From an archaeon (lineage in GTDB: Archaea > Iainarchaeota > Iainarchaeia > Iainarchaeales > CSSED10-239), in assembly GCA_035390665.1 (NCBI GenBank), contig DAOOUC010000006.1, forward strand, positions 17,688 to 49,687: a stretch of DNA of 32,000 nt, given 5' to 3'. The position numbers and the translations under genes were made by a program. The notes beneath the pieces were generated by a model. The model was not told the origin of the DNA. It worked only from the letters and a program-made list of their open reading frames with translations, and made no database searches. Every line of letters starts with the position of its first letter. Within the stretch, counting starts at the first letter, position 1. Below, one piece after another: positions 7,269-16,315 of this stretch.

Positions 7269-7276
7269 ATCCGACT
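7263..7276. repeat. Direct repeat copy 1 (attL-like), overlapping the last 6 nt of tRNA-Tyr
   Basis: GAGGGAATCCGACT is identical to 8371-8384. The +2 position (C) also matches. Confidence 0.7.
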
Positions 7277-7302
7277 TCAACTAAAACCTTCTATTTAAGT
7301 TG

Positions 7303-7409
7303 GAGTAACATATTAACTAAATAGTGTTACCTTAAATTTTTTAATTAAATAGTGTATTACTCACTAAAGTGTATTACTCGATACCTTTTTAAATATTTTG
7401 AGTAATACA
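7303..7409 (+). promoter_or_regulatory. Operator-like repeat array upstream of fic (five copies of a TGT(AT)TACTC core in two inverted pairs)
   Basis: GAGTAACA (7303-7310, inverted); AGTGTTACC (7323-7331); AGTGTATTACTC (7351-7362); AGTGTATTACTC (7368-7379); GAGTAATACA (7400-7409, inverted). The last inverted pair brackets the AT-rich TTTTTAAATATTTT (7386-7399), and its right arm overlaps the TTG at 7398. Confidence 0.5.
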
Positions 7410-7415
7410 ATTTAT

Positions 7416-8351
7416 ATGAGCTATTTATCTAAATTACAAAGAAATAATAAAACGTATTATTATCTTGTAGAGAATATTCCTGTGTCAAAAGGAAAAAGAA
7501 AGCAGATAAGAAAATATATAGGAACTGCAAAACCAACAGAGCAACAGTTATCTTTAGAATTATCAAAATTTGAAAACGAAATTAGCCCTAAGAAAAAGCA
7601 ATTGCAAGGATTTACATATTTAACTAAAGACGAAATTAAAGAAATTGATGAGATTAATTCAAATTTTTGGAAGAAATACAATACCTTAACAAAAACAGAA
7701 AAAGAAAGCTTTTGGAATAACTTCATTAGTGTTTTTGTATATAATACCAATTCAATAGAAGGTTCTACTTTAACCTTAAAAGAAGTTGAACTATTATTAT
7801 CTGAAAACATTTCTCCAAATAGACCATTAGAAGATGTATTAGAAACAAAATCTGCTAAAAGAGCAATTGATTATCTTTTAGACTATAAAGAAGATTTATC
7901 TATTGATTTAATAACCGAATTACATAAAATTTACTTTAAAGAAAGCTTTCCAGAGATTGCAGGTAAATTAAAAAGATTAAACAATAGAATAATGGGCTCA
8001 AAATTTGATACCACCCCAAAAGAATTTGTTTTAACTGACTTAAAGATATTTATTGATAATTATAATAAACTAAAAAAAGAACTACATCCAATAGAGCTTT
8101 CAGCTTGGACACATTGGGCTTTTGTTAAGATTCATCCGTTTCAAGATGGTAATGGCAGAATATCAAGATTAATAATGAACTTTGTACTTCACAAAAACAA
8201 ATATGCATTAATTGATATTAAAACCAAAGAAAAGCAAGCTTATTTTAATGCACTTGAAAGATGTAATTATACAAGCAATGGAAAACCATTAGCACAAAGA
8301 TTAGTTAGAAGATTTAAAAAACAATATCAAAATGCTTTTTCAGAACTATAA
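7416..8351 (+). CDS. fic: Fic-domain protein (AMPylase-type, class II with N-terminal inhibitory motif)
   Basis: Canonical active site HPFQDGNGRISR matches HxFx(D/E)GNGRxxR. Upstream TNSIEG matches the (S/T)xxxE(G/N) auto-inhibitory helix motif. ATG at 7416; the ORF track alternative is TTG at 7398. Confidence 0.85.
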   Translation: MSYLSKLQRNNKTYYYLVENIPVSKGKRKQIRKYIGTAKPTEQQLSLELSKFENEISPKKKQLQGFTYLTKDEIKEIDEINSNFWKKYNTLTKTEKESFWNNFISVFVYNTNSIEGSTLTLKEVELLLSENISPNRPLEDVLETKSAKRAIDYLLDYKEDLSIDLITELHKIYFKESFPEIAGKLKRLNNRIMGSKFDTTPKEFVLTDLKIFIDNYNKLKKELHPIELSAWTHWAFVKIHPFQDGNGRISRLIMNFVLHKNKYALIDIKTKEKQAYFNALERCNYTSNGKPLAQRLVRRFKKQYQNAFSEL

Positions 8352-8370
8352 ATCTTTTAATATCTTAGTA

Positions 8371-8384
8371 GAGGGAATCCGACT
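8371..8384. repeat. Direct repeat copy 2 (attR-like)
   Basis: GAGGGAATCCGACT, 20 nt downstream of the fic stop codon and identical to 7263-7276. Confidence 0.7.
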
Positions 8385-8739
8385 CCTATTTCTAAAAAGA
8401 AACTCTTTTAAATATTATGTTTTATACTTTTGTATAAATTATTAATTAAATAACTTAAAATGGAGATGATGTTAAAAGGTTCCAAGAAAGTGAAAGAAAA
8501 AGACTAGCACAAAAAGCAGAAGCAGCTAGTGAAATGCAACGACAACAGCAAAGAAAAATAGAACAATATAGGGGATTATTAAAAACTAAAATTAATAAAT
8601 AATATTAATTTAAATTATTAATAACTTTGTAAATAATTAAAGGAGTTGGTAAGAATGAAAGGAAAGTATCTACCAACTTCTAACAATGAACAGATTTATT
8701 TTTAATTAACTTTATATTCTTTTTGTTTCTCTTTCTTTT

Positions 8740-9399
8740 ATGGCTCCAGTATCTGTATCTTTTAGAAGACATGCTCAAAAGACAAGAAATGGGCATAGTA
8801 TTACTTCTAATGGAAAAAAAGATGTTAAAGATTTATCAAATAAATTATCAACTACTACAAAACTATATTCTTCTCCTGAAAATAGAACAATAGAAACCGC
8901 AGAATATCTAAAATTATTTACTCACTCAGAATATAATATAAGAGTAAGAAATATTTTACGAGGACATAAATATTTTGCAGGAAAAAGAATTAAAACCACT
9001 AAAAAAGATAATTTTCTAACTTTATTTAAAGACCTGGCTAAAAAGATTGGAATTAATGACAAATTGCTAATTAAGGTGTGGCTATCTGGGAAAGTTCCAA
9101 AAAAGATTGTTCCAAGACCAGAAGTTATTGCTGATGAAATAATAAGAGATAGATTTAGATTACCTAATAGAGTAAAAAACACAGAAAAATCAATAATCTT
9201 TGAAAACATAACACACGATATTGTTATAGCTGCTTTGTTTCAACGATTGTCTGGAGAGAAATATCATAGTCAATTTAAGGATTTACCAAAAGAATTAGAA
9301 TCTTTAAAAGTTGATATTTCAAGAGATGGAAAAGCAACCATGCAATTTAGAAATTATAAAAAAGGAATAACAGAAACATTAAAAGAAATATTAAAATAA
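8740..9399 (+). CDS. Histidine phosphatase superfamily protein (phosphoglycerate-mutase-like)
   Basis: N-terminal FRRHAQKTRNG (RHG-type catalytic motif), SSPENRTIETAEYL (compare the family motif SSPLxRAxQTAE), and a later NITHDIVIAALF (second catalytic His). Confidence 0.55.
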   Translation: MAPVSVSFRRHAQKTRNGHSITSNGKKDVKDLSNKLSTTTKLYSSPENRTIETAEYLKLFTHSEYNIRVRNILRGHKYFAGKRIKTTKKDNFLTLFKDLAKKIGINDKLLIKVWLSGKVPKKIVPRPEVIADEIIRDRFRLPNRVKNTEKSIIFENITHDIVIAALFQRLSGEKYHSQFKDLPKELESLKVDISRDGKATMQFRNYKKGITETLKEILK

Positions 9400-9400
9400 A

Positions 9401-10225
9401 TCATTTTGTTCTATAGATTCTATTTATTATTTCTATCTTCTTATCATAATCTATTGCTGTTTTATAATTATACCAGAAGATATTCATAAAGAAATTAATC
9501 CAAGTATCATCGTATATATCATAAATCAAAGTAATGTCTTTCTCTAATTCATGAAGCTTAAAATTTTTCTCTTCTTTGCTTTCTTTAAAGATAGAATGCC
9601 CACAATCAAATATAATACCTCTTAATGGTTGTAATTGATGCCTTAATTCTATTGATTTAGGATATTTTTGTAATAAAGGCAAAAGAAGATTAATATTTTT
9701 TAAAGTATCTATATCTATTCTTGCAATAATTTTAACTTTTAACCCGTTTTTTATTCTGGTCTCTAATTTATCTATAAGATTCTCATTCTTATATTTAATT
9801 TTAAGAAAAGACAGATTTCCAGATAGAAAATATACAAAATTAGATTTGTCTAGATATTCAAAAATTAATTTTGGATCAAAATCTTCTCCCTTATATAAAT
9901 GTCCATTTGATCTCTCTTTAGAAACATATTGAAAAATTTCCATAAAACTGAAATCTTTCTTATAATTTGTACTTTTTATTTTTGTAAATAAAATATTTTC
10001 TATTTCAGTAGAAGAAACTTTATTAGTTGAATAAACCAGTTTTATAATGTTATATCCTGCTTTTATGTTCTTGATATCAATTAATCCAGTATTCTTTCTA
10101 AACTCGTCTACATATTTCTCTGCAGTTACCCAACTAATTCCTAGTTCTTTAGAAATTTCCTGTATAGTTCTTGGTTCAACTTCTACAAGTTTAATTATTT
10201 CATTTGCTTTTTCTTGTGATATCAT
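9401..10225 (-). CDS. Winged-HTH domain protein, putative transcriptional regulator
   Basis: The N-terminus EPRTIQEISKELGISWVTAEKYVDEF is a typical HTH. The ~200-aa C-terminal domain is unrecognised. Divergent from the radical SAM gene. Confidence 0.55.
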   Translation of the reverse strand: MISQEKANEIIKLVEVEPRTIQEISKELGISWVTAEKYVDEFRKNTGLIDIKNIKAGYNIIKLVYSTNKVSSTEIENILFTKIKSTNYKKDFSFMEIFQYVSKERSNGHLYKGEDFDPKLIFEYLDKSNFVYFLSGNLSFLKIKYKNENLIDKLETRIKNGLKVKIIARIDIDTLKNINLLLPLLQKYPKSIELRHQLQPLRGIIFDCGHSIFKESKEEKNFKLHELEKDITLIYDIYDDTWINFFMNIFWYNYKTAIDYDKKIEIINRIYRTK

Positions 10226-10311
10226 AGAAATATTTAGCCCCGAAATATTTAAATATATATTTTAATAAAATAAAACCAATTAAAATAAACAATAAAACAC
10301 ATAACAAATCT

Positions 10312-11352
10312 ATGTTAGAAGACAACTACTTTACAAAAGAATATATTTTCAATAAAATCCCAATTAGATTTATGTTAACTGAAAAATGTAATTTAAGATG
10401 TCACATGTGTAGTGCTGATGGATTAGGCATAGGAAAAGTAAATTGCAATCAATCAAAAGAAATGAATTTAGAGAAAGCAAAAATATTAGTGGATCTTTTA
10501 TCTGAAATAAATTATTCTGGAGAAATTACCTTCTCTGGCGGAGAACCAATGGTTTATTCTTATTTTTATGAATTGATTGAATATATTTTAAAAAACAACA
10601 AAAATACAATAAAAGTAATAACAAATGGCACAATCCCATTCAAAGAAAATTTCTTCACAGATAGAAAAAAAGCACAAATATCTATTCATTCTTTAGATTA
10701 TAAATCTTGGAATAAGATTACTCAAGGAAATATAATCCAATTCAATAACCTTGTTAAAAATTTAGAAAAAATGAACAAAGAACAAGTACATAACATTAAT
10801 GTAGTAATTCATAAAGGAATAAATGATAGTAATGAAGAACTATTTTCTTTATTTGAATTTTCAAAAAATAATAATTTTCATTTAAGATTGTTTAAGTTAT
10901 TTCCATATACCGAAAATATGTATAATAAATATAAAGAAATTAATAAAGAATATTTGAATGATTTAAAATTAAAAAAATCCCCCAATAAAGTGAGATGGCA
11001 TAATCAAGATGAATATTCTCAATTGGAAAGATATTATTTTAATGATAATCTAAATCAAGAAATAGATGTTGCATCTTGTCCTTGCTTTAGTGGAGAATGT
11101 AGTAGTTGCTATAAATGGCATTTTCTTCAAATTACTTCTGATTTAAAAATAAAAACTTGTCTGGAAAGAGATAATTACATCGATTTAAATGAAGCAATAA
11201 TAAAAAAAGATTCAAAATTACTTTGGGAAAAAATAATAGAATCTAGAATTGCAATCTTTAACCATGGAAAAGAAAGCCCACCTTTAAGGAATCATCCGTT
11301 TTTTAATTGTGGATTGAATACAATAAAAATTATAAATAATTTAAGACACTAA
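10312..11352 (+). CDS. Radical SAM protein, MoaA-like architecture
   Basis: CNLRCHMC (CX3CX2C) near the N-terminus, the FSGGEPM SAM-binding motif, VITNG, and a C-terminal Cys cluster CPCFSGECSSC-x16-C resembling the MoaA auxiliary-cluster region (ITSDLKIKTCL versus LTxDGKLxxCL). Confidence 0.7.
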   Translation: MLEDNYFTKEYIFNKIPIRFMLTEKCNLRCHMCSADGLGIGKVNCNQSKEMNLEKAKILVDLLSEINYSGEITFSGGEPMVYSYFYELIEYILKNNKNTIKVITNGTIPFKENFFTDRKKAQISIHSLDYKSWNKITQGNIIQFNNLVKNLEKMNKEQVHNINVVIHKGINDSNEELFSLFEFSKNNNFHLRLFKLFPYTENMYNKYKEINKEYLNDLKLKKSPNKVRWHNQDEYSQLERYYFNDNLNQEIDVASCPCFSGECSSCYKWHFLQITSDLKIKTCLERDNYIDLNEAIIKKDSKLLWEKIIESRIAIFNHGKESPPLRNHPFFNCGLNTIKIINNLRH

Positions 11353-11430
11353 CTAATTTCTGTTTATAAACTAATTGTTTCTTAAATATATATTACTATA
11401 TTATTAATATAATTTAAAAAGGAAAAAAAT

Positions 11431-12795
11431 ATGACTAGTTCTAATGAGAGCTTTGATGGCTTGGTCAAAGATAAACAAATATTACAAGCAATAACAAATA
11501 TCGGTATTACTAAACCAACAGAAATACAAGAAAAAGTAATTCCATTAATTTTAGAGGGGAAAAACGTAATTGCTCAATCTGCTACAGGAACAGGAAAAAC
11601 AATTGCTTTTTTAGCAGGAATTTTACCTTCTGTTAATAAAATAAAAAAAGTGCAATGTTTAATTATTGTTCCAACAAGAGAACTTGCAAATCAAGTTTAT
11701 GAAGAAACAAAAAAGATTGGAAAAGTAAAAGATTTACAAGCATGTGCTGTTTTTGGTGGTGCATCAATTAATAATCAAGCAAAACAATTAAGATATGCAG
11801 ATATTGTTATTGGAACGCCAGGAAGACTAATTGATCAAATAGATAGAGGAAACCTAAGATTAGACAATATCAAATATCTAGTATTAGATGAAGCAGACAG
11901 AATGTGCGATATGGGATTTTATGAAGACATTTCAAAGATAATCACGCAAGTTCCAAAAGAAAGACAAACTCTTCTTTTTTCAGCAACAATAACAGATGAT
12001 GTATCTAAACTTGAAAGAGATTATATACCTAAACCACAAAAAATAAAAGTACAAACAAATGTAGATCCTAAAAATCTTTTACAAGAATATTATATTGTTA
12101 AATCAAATCAAAAATTTTCATTACTTTTACATTTAGTTAAACAACACAATAAAAAATCAATTATTTTTTGTAATACAAGAAGCGAAGTTGATGTTTTATA
12201 TAATAATTTTAGAGAACACAGGGTTGAATGCTTTAGATTACATGGTGGATTAGAGCAAAACAAAAGAAGTGCTACAATTGAAAAGTATCAAGATCATAAA
12301 GATGCAGTATTAATCTCAAGTGATGTTTCTGCAAGAGGAATACATGTTGATAATTTAGAATATATCTATAATTATGATTTACCTAAAGACAATACACAAT
12401 ATATTCACAGAATTGGTAGAACAGCAAGAGCTGGAAAAAAAGGAAAAGCAATTGCAATAATTACAAATAAAGAAGAAGAAGATTTCTTAAGAATGTGTAA
12501 GAAATTTGGATTTTCCGTTGAACATAAGCAATTACCGGCATTAGTACCAATTGCTCTAAAAAGAACAACAGAAGAACAAAAAAGACTAGAAGAAAGAAAT
12601 CAAGATGGAAGAAATAGATATAGAGAAAGAAGAGAACACTTTAGTAAAGGACCAAGAGATAGGCAAAAAGAAAATTTTAAGAAAAAATTCGTAGGAGAAT
12701 TAACAGAAGAAGAAATCAAGAAACAAAAAACAGATTTTTTCAGACATAAAAGAAAAATTAGACAAAACAAATACTCTAAAGGAGGAAGAAGATAA
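11431..12795 (+). CDS. DEAD-box ATP-dependent RNA helicase
   Basis: Q-motif region GITKPTEIQ, motif I AQSATGTGKT, PTRELA, motif II DEAD, motif III SAT, motif VI HRIGRTARAG. Arg/Lys-rich C-terminal tail. Confidence 0.9.
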   Translation: MTSSNESFDGLVKDKQILQAITNIGITKPTEIQEKVIPLILEGKNVIAQSATGTGKTIAFLAGILPSVNKIKKVQCLIIVPTRELANQVYEETKKIGKVKDLQACAVFGGASINNQAKQLRYADIVIGTPGRLIDQIDRGNLRLDNIKYLVLDEADRMCDMGFYEDISKIITQVPKERQTLLFSATITDDVSKLERDYIPKPQKIKVQTNVDPKNLLQEYYIVKSNQKFSLLLHLVKQHNKKSIIFCNTRSEVDVLYNNFREHRVECFRLHGGLEQNKRSATIEKYQDHKDAVLISSDVSARGIHVDNLEYIYNYDLPKDNTQYIHRIGRTARAGKKGKAIAIITNKEEEDFLRMCKKFGFSVEHKQLPALVPIALKRTTEEQKRLEERNQDGRNRYRERREHFSKGPRDRQKENFKKKFVGELTEEEIKKQKTDFFRHKRKIRQNKYSKGGRR

Positions 12796-13355
12796 TGATT
12801 AAAAAAACAGAACAAAAGAAATTAGAAAATATAGTCTATAATGTTATAATGTTTGCATTAATCTTTGCTTTAGTAATTAGTTTTGTATTTACTATTGATA
12901 AATTAATCTTAGAGAAACCAAAAGACACATGTTATTTACAAGACTATACTTACTATAAGGCAGAGCCAGTAGTAAATCTTGACCAAAACTGTAACTATGA
13001 TGAATATTATATCTCCTCTTGTGTACAATCAGAAGGAAATATAATATATAGAAAAAACTGCCAAATGGAATGTAGTTATTGCTATAGAGATTTTAATAAA
13101 GTTATGGAAACCTACAACAACAGAATAAATCTTGGCAGAATGATTCTAACTTTCTTGTTAGCTTTAGCTTTTGCATTTATAACCATTAAAGACAAAATCA
13201 TAAGATATTCAATACTATCAGCATCATTAGTTTCATTATTTATTGCAACAATGTCTGCAATGAATTTATTAGATAAAATGTTGCCATTAGTAATAATTGT
13301 TGAATTCTTATTGGTAATTTTTATCTACAGGAAAACAAATAAAGATAAGAAGTAA
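12795..13355 (+). CDS. Membrane protein with a Cys-rich extracytoplasmic domain
   Basis: Its start shares one nt with the helicase stop (TAATG). An N-terminal TM, then a domain with 8 Cys (CYLQ..CNYD..SSCVQ..NCQMECSYCY), then 2 C-terminal TMs. Confidence 0.55.
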   Translation: MIKKTEQKKLENIVYNVIMFALIFALVISFVFTIDKLILEKPKDTCYLQDYTYYKAEPVVNLDQNCNYDEYYISSCVQSEGNIIYRKNCQMECSYCYRDFNKVMETYNNRINLGRMILTFLLALAFAFITIKDKIIRYSILSASLVSLFIATMSAMNLLDKMLPLVIIVEFLLVIFIYRKTNKDKK

Positions 13356-13363
13356 AGAGCTTT

Positions 13364-14014
13364 TTATTTTGCTCTACTTCTTATTACTTTTTTTTTATAA
13401 TTTGGATTTTCATTAATTAATATAAATTGTTTTTTAGCAGGTCCGGGATTATTTTTACTTTCAGGAATTGTAATTAAATCATATTTAAAACTAGAATGTT
13501 CAAAACTTCTAAAAATCTCTTTTGTTTTTATTCTGTTTTCAATTGGAACAATTAGTGGTCTTTTTCCAACAACTTTTGAATTTACGGATTGGGTTTCAGG
13601 AAAAGCACTCATATAAATAAATTTAGATTTGTGTTTTACTCTCTGATCAGCAATTACCCTTTCCATAAGTAAAGTTCCTAATCCTTGTCCTTGATATTTA
13701 GGATTGATAAAGGTTTCTGTTAAATGAAAAAAATTAGCTGTTGGATTTTCTTTAATATAAAGTTCTGATGCTTTTCTTAAATGACCCATAGTGCATCCCA
13801 GTAGTTCTTTGCCATTATACATTAAATAAAAAATCGTTTTTGATTTTTCTTTTTTTCTTTCATTTAAATAATTTTTTAAATCATCAGGTTTTCTTTGAAA
13901 TAAATTATCAATATTGCTAATATCTTTTATAATTTCTGGAGTTAATTTATCAAATTCTTCCCAGGTTATTTTCTTGTAATTTATATCTTTGAATCTAGAA
14001 TGTATTGGTTGCAT
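13364..14014 (-). CDS. GNAT-family N-acetyltransferase
   Basis: Acetyl-CoA binding motif A: INPKYQGQGLGTLLMERV. Confidence 0.7.
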   Translation of the reverse strand: MQPIHSRFKDINYKKITWEEFDKLTPEIIKDISNIDNLFQRKPDDLKNYLNERKKEKSKTIFYLMYNGKELLGCTMGHLRKASELYIKENPTANFFHLTETFINPKYQGQGLGTLLMERVIADQRVKHKSKFIYMSAFPETQSVNSKVVGKRPLIVPIENRIKTKEIFRSFEHSSFKYDLITIPESKNNPGPAKKQFILINENPNYKKKVIRSRAK

Positions 14015-14077
14015 ACCTAAGAATATTAAAGAAAGTTTTTTAAATAAATTGAAAATATATATATTAGGTGTAAATTT

Positions 14078-14389
14078 ATGTTAGATAAGATTACTAGATT
14101 AGAAATAGATAATAAAAGACTTAAAAAGAAAATAACAAGTGCTAAAAAGAAATTACAAAAAGAACAAGAAGCACTTAAAAAAGAAACCCTAACAAGACTT
14201 ACTGCACTTATTACTGCTGCTTTTGGTCTAGTCGCAGCTCTTGCATGGAATGATACAATTAAAGCACTTTTTGTTATGCTTTTTGGAAAAGCCGAAACTT
14301 TCTGGGCGATGTTAGTATATGCAATTATTGTTACAATAATTGTAGTATATGTTACTTACAAATTATCAAAAATGAGTAAAAAGAAATGA
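14078..14389 (+). CDS. Small membrane protein with N-terminal coiled coil (DUF5654-like)
   Basis: A Lys-rich helical N-terminus followed by two TM helices with LAWNDTIKALF. The family assignment is from memory and tentative. Confidence 0.5.
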   Translation: MLDKITRLEIDNKRLKKKITSAKKKLQKEQEALKKETLTRLTALITAAFGLVAALAWNDTIKALFVMLFGKAETFWAMLVYAIIVTIIVVYVTYKLSKMSKKK

Positions 14390-14461
14390 TTTAAAAAGAT
14401 ATAAAAAGATATTTAAATACTATTATATCTATATTTATAATAAAAAATAGAGGAATAAACT

Positions 14462-15301
14462 ATGTTTGAAAGTTTTACACGCAGTTGGGAATTAACAAAA
14501 GCAACATTTAAAGTAATTAATAAAGATAAAAGACTATTATTGTTTCCAATATTTTCAGGAATATTTTCAATACTGTTTATATTTTCATTAATATTTCCGG
14601 CTTTATTTTTAGGAAATAATTTTTCTTGGTTTATTGTTTTTATATTATATTTTGGATTAGCTTTTATTGCTACATTCTTTAATGTTTGTGTAGTTTATCT
14701 TGTTAAAAACACAATAGAACAGAAAAAAACAACAGTTGGTCAAGCAATTAGTTTTGCTTTTTCAAGAATAGGGCCAATATTTGGGTGGAGTTTAATTTCT
14801 GCTACCGTTGGTTTAATATTAAGATTATTAGATGAAATTGCTGAAAGAATTGGAGGAATAGGAGAAATTATAATAAAAATTACAACATCTTTAATAGGTG
14901 GAATTTGGGCATTTTTAACAATATTTGTAATACCTGTAATGGTGTATAAGAATGTTGGACCATTTAAAGCAATATCAGAATCTTCTCAAAGAATAAAGAA
15001 AACATGGGGAGAGAACCTAATTAGAAATATAGGATTTGGAATTGCTGAATTTATCTTTGTTGTAATTGGTCTAGCAGCATTGATTCTTGGATATTTTTTA
15101 TTTGCACCATTGGGTACTTTAGTATTAACAATTTTCTTTTGTATAATAGGAATATATTTTGTATTTTTAATAATGTACTTTAATATTGCTAATGCTGTGT
15201 TTAATACAACACTTTATGTTTATTCTGAAACAGGCAAAATGCCTTTAGATTTTTCAGAAAATACTGCAAAAAATTTATTTAGTAAAGCAAAAAAGGAGTG
15301 A
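14462..15301 (+). CDS. Polytopic membrane protein (DUF6159-like)
   Basis: The N-terminus FTRSWELTKATFKVINKDKRLLLFPIFSGI resembles the DUF6159 start. About 6 TM segments. Confidence 0.5.
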   Translation: MFESFTRSWELTKATFKVINKDKRLLLFPIFSGIFSILFIFSLIFPALFLGNNFSWFIVFILYFGLAFIATFFNVCVVYLVKNTIEQKKTTVGQAISFAFSRIGPIFGWSLISATVGLILRLLDEIAERIGGIGEIIIKITTSLIGGIWAFLTIFVIPVMVYKNVGPFKAISESSQRIKKTWGENLIRNIGFGIAEFIFVVIGLAALILGYFLFAPLGTLVLTIFFCIIGIYFVFLIMYFNIANAVFNTTLYVYSETGKMPLDFSENTAKNLFSKAKKE

Positions 15302-15308
15302 ACAAAAT

Positions 15309-15548
15309 ATGATAAATTTTTCAATTTTAGGACTATGTATTGTTTTAATTGCATGGATTATTCAATTCTTTGCAATGAATAAAAGAAGAGAAATCTCTAA
15401 ACCATTTGTATTGGCATACATTATTGGTGTTTTATTCTTAGTTGTAGATGCATATAATTCTAAAAAATTAGATTTAGCTATAATTAATGCACTTGCAATG
15501 CTTGTTGCAGTTGGAGTATTATTTAAATATTCTAAACCAAAGATGTGA
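15309..15548 (+). CDS. Small membrane protein (79 aa)
   Basis: Three hydrophobic segments and an AGGAG RBS. The antisense ORF 15362..15871 is judged spurious. Confidence 0.5.
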   Translation: MINFSILGLCIVLIAWIIQFFAMNKRREISKPFVLAYIIGVLFLVVDAYNSKKLDLAIINALAMLVAVGVLFKYSKPKM

Positions 15549-15557
15549 AATAATTTT

Positions 15558-16292
15558 ATGCCCGAAAATACAGATAAATCAAAAATAATAGACATTAATA
15601 CGCATTTAGTGCCTATAGAAACAATACGCCCTGGAATTCTAAAACTAATTAAACAAAAGAATCCACAAGTATTAGAGTCAGGATATATTTCTCTTAGAGA
15701 ATTAAAAGAATATAGAAAAGAACATTTCGAAGAAATTTTAAAAGCAGAAAAAGGAAAATTAAATAAATTAGATAAAGAAGTTTTAGATAGTCTTGTAGAC
15801 CAAGAATCAATAGTAAAAAATACAAATGAATTTGACACAAATATTACTTTTGGGCAAAAATTAGCAGACAAAGTTGCAGAATTTGGCGGTTCTTGGACCT
15901 TTATTATTTTTTTTGGATGTTTTCTTTTAATTTGGATAATAATAAATACTTTTTTCTTATTAACATCTAAACCATTCGATCCGTATCCTTTTATTTTATT
16001 AAATCTATTTTTATCTTGTCTTGCAGCAATTCAAGCCCCAATAATTATGATGAGTCAAAATAGAAAAGAACAAAAAGATAGGCAAAGAGCAGAAAATGAT
16101 TATATGGTTAATCTTAAATCTGAACTTGAGATTAGACAACTTCATGAAAAAATGGACAATCTTGTACAACATCAATGGGAAAGATTAATAGAAATTCAAA
16201 AATTACAACTAAACATAATGGATGAAACAGAAAAAGAAAGATTAAAAAGTGAAATTAAAAGAATACAGAAAAGCTTAAATAATACAAAGTAA
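15558..16292 (+). CDS. DUF1003 family membrane protein
   Basis: GSWTFIIFF...PYPFILLNLFLSCLAAIQAPIIMMSQNRKEQKDRQRAENDYMVNLKSELEI is the characteristic DUF1003 core. Confidence 0.7.
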   Translation: MPENTDKSKIIDINTHLVPIETIRPGILKLIKQKNPQVLESGYISLRELKEYRKEHFEEILKAEKGKLNKLDKEVLDSLVDQESIVKNTNEFDTNITFGQKLADKVAEFGGSWTFIIFFGCFLLIWIIINTFFLLTSKPFDPYPFILLNLFLSCLAAIQAPIIMMSQNRKEQKDRQRAENDYMVNLKSELEIRQLHEKMDNLVQHQWERLIEIQKLQLNIMDETEKERLKSEIKRIQKSLNNTK

Positions 16293-16315
16293 TAATATAA
16301 TTAAGGAGATTAAAC

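Larger units (their letters stand above)
7263..8384 (+). mobile_element. Candidate integrated-element remnant: Fic cassette bounded by 14-nt direct repeats at the tRNA-Tyr 3' end
   Basis: An exact 14-nt direct repeat, the left copy spanning the tRNA 3' end, flanks 1.1 kb that contains only a repeat-rich leader and one fic gene. No integrase or transposase is present. Confidence 0.4.

Noticed and set aside
7460-7810. Antisense ORF inside fic
   Set aside because: It lies opposite a gene with canonical Fic motifs and has no motif of its own.
7263-8384. Calling the Fic cassette an active mobile element or toxin-antitoxin module
   Set aside because: There is no integrase, transposase or terminal inverted repeat, and no separate small antitoxin ORF. 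The inhibitory motif is internal (class II Fic). I report it only as a probable integration scar with cargo.
8459-8601. 47-codon open frame (NGDDVKRFQESERKRLAQKAEAASEMQRQQQRKIEQYRGLLKTKINK*) just right of the attR-like repeat
   Set aside because: It has no usable start codon except an internal ATG that would give 22 aa. It could be the remnant of a gene truncated by the insertion event, but there is not enough evidence to call a pseudogene.
8645-8705. AGGAG-preceded 16-codon mini-ORF (MKGKYLPTSNNEQIYF, 8655-8705) overlapping a 7-bp inverted repeat GTTGGTA...TACCAAC (8645-8677)
   Set aside because: It is too short to support as a gene from sequence alone. It may be a leader peptide or attenuator for 8740..9399, but that is speculation.
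8922-10265. Antisense ORFs 8922..9209 and 10047..10265
   Set aside because: They shadow the histidine phosphatase and wHTH genes and have no independent support.
10312-11352. Prokaryotic viperin-like antiviral radical SAM
   Set aside because: The C-terminal Cys cluster and overall layout fit MoaA-like enzymes better. No nucleotide-kinase or defence-gene neighbours are present.
12600-12815. Antisense ORF in the helicase C-terminal tail
   Set aside because: It is an artefact of the purine-rich Lys/Arg/Glu-coding region on the opposite strand.
15362-15871. 169-aa minus-strand ORF
   Set aside because: It overlaps two co-directional plus-strand genes, one of which has the conserved DUF1003 core. 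It has no RBS or motif.
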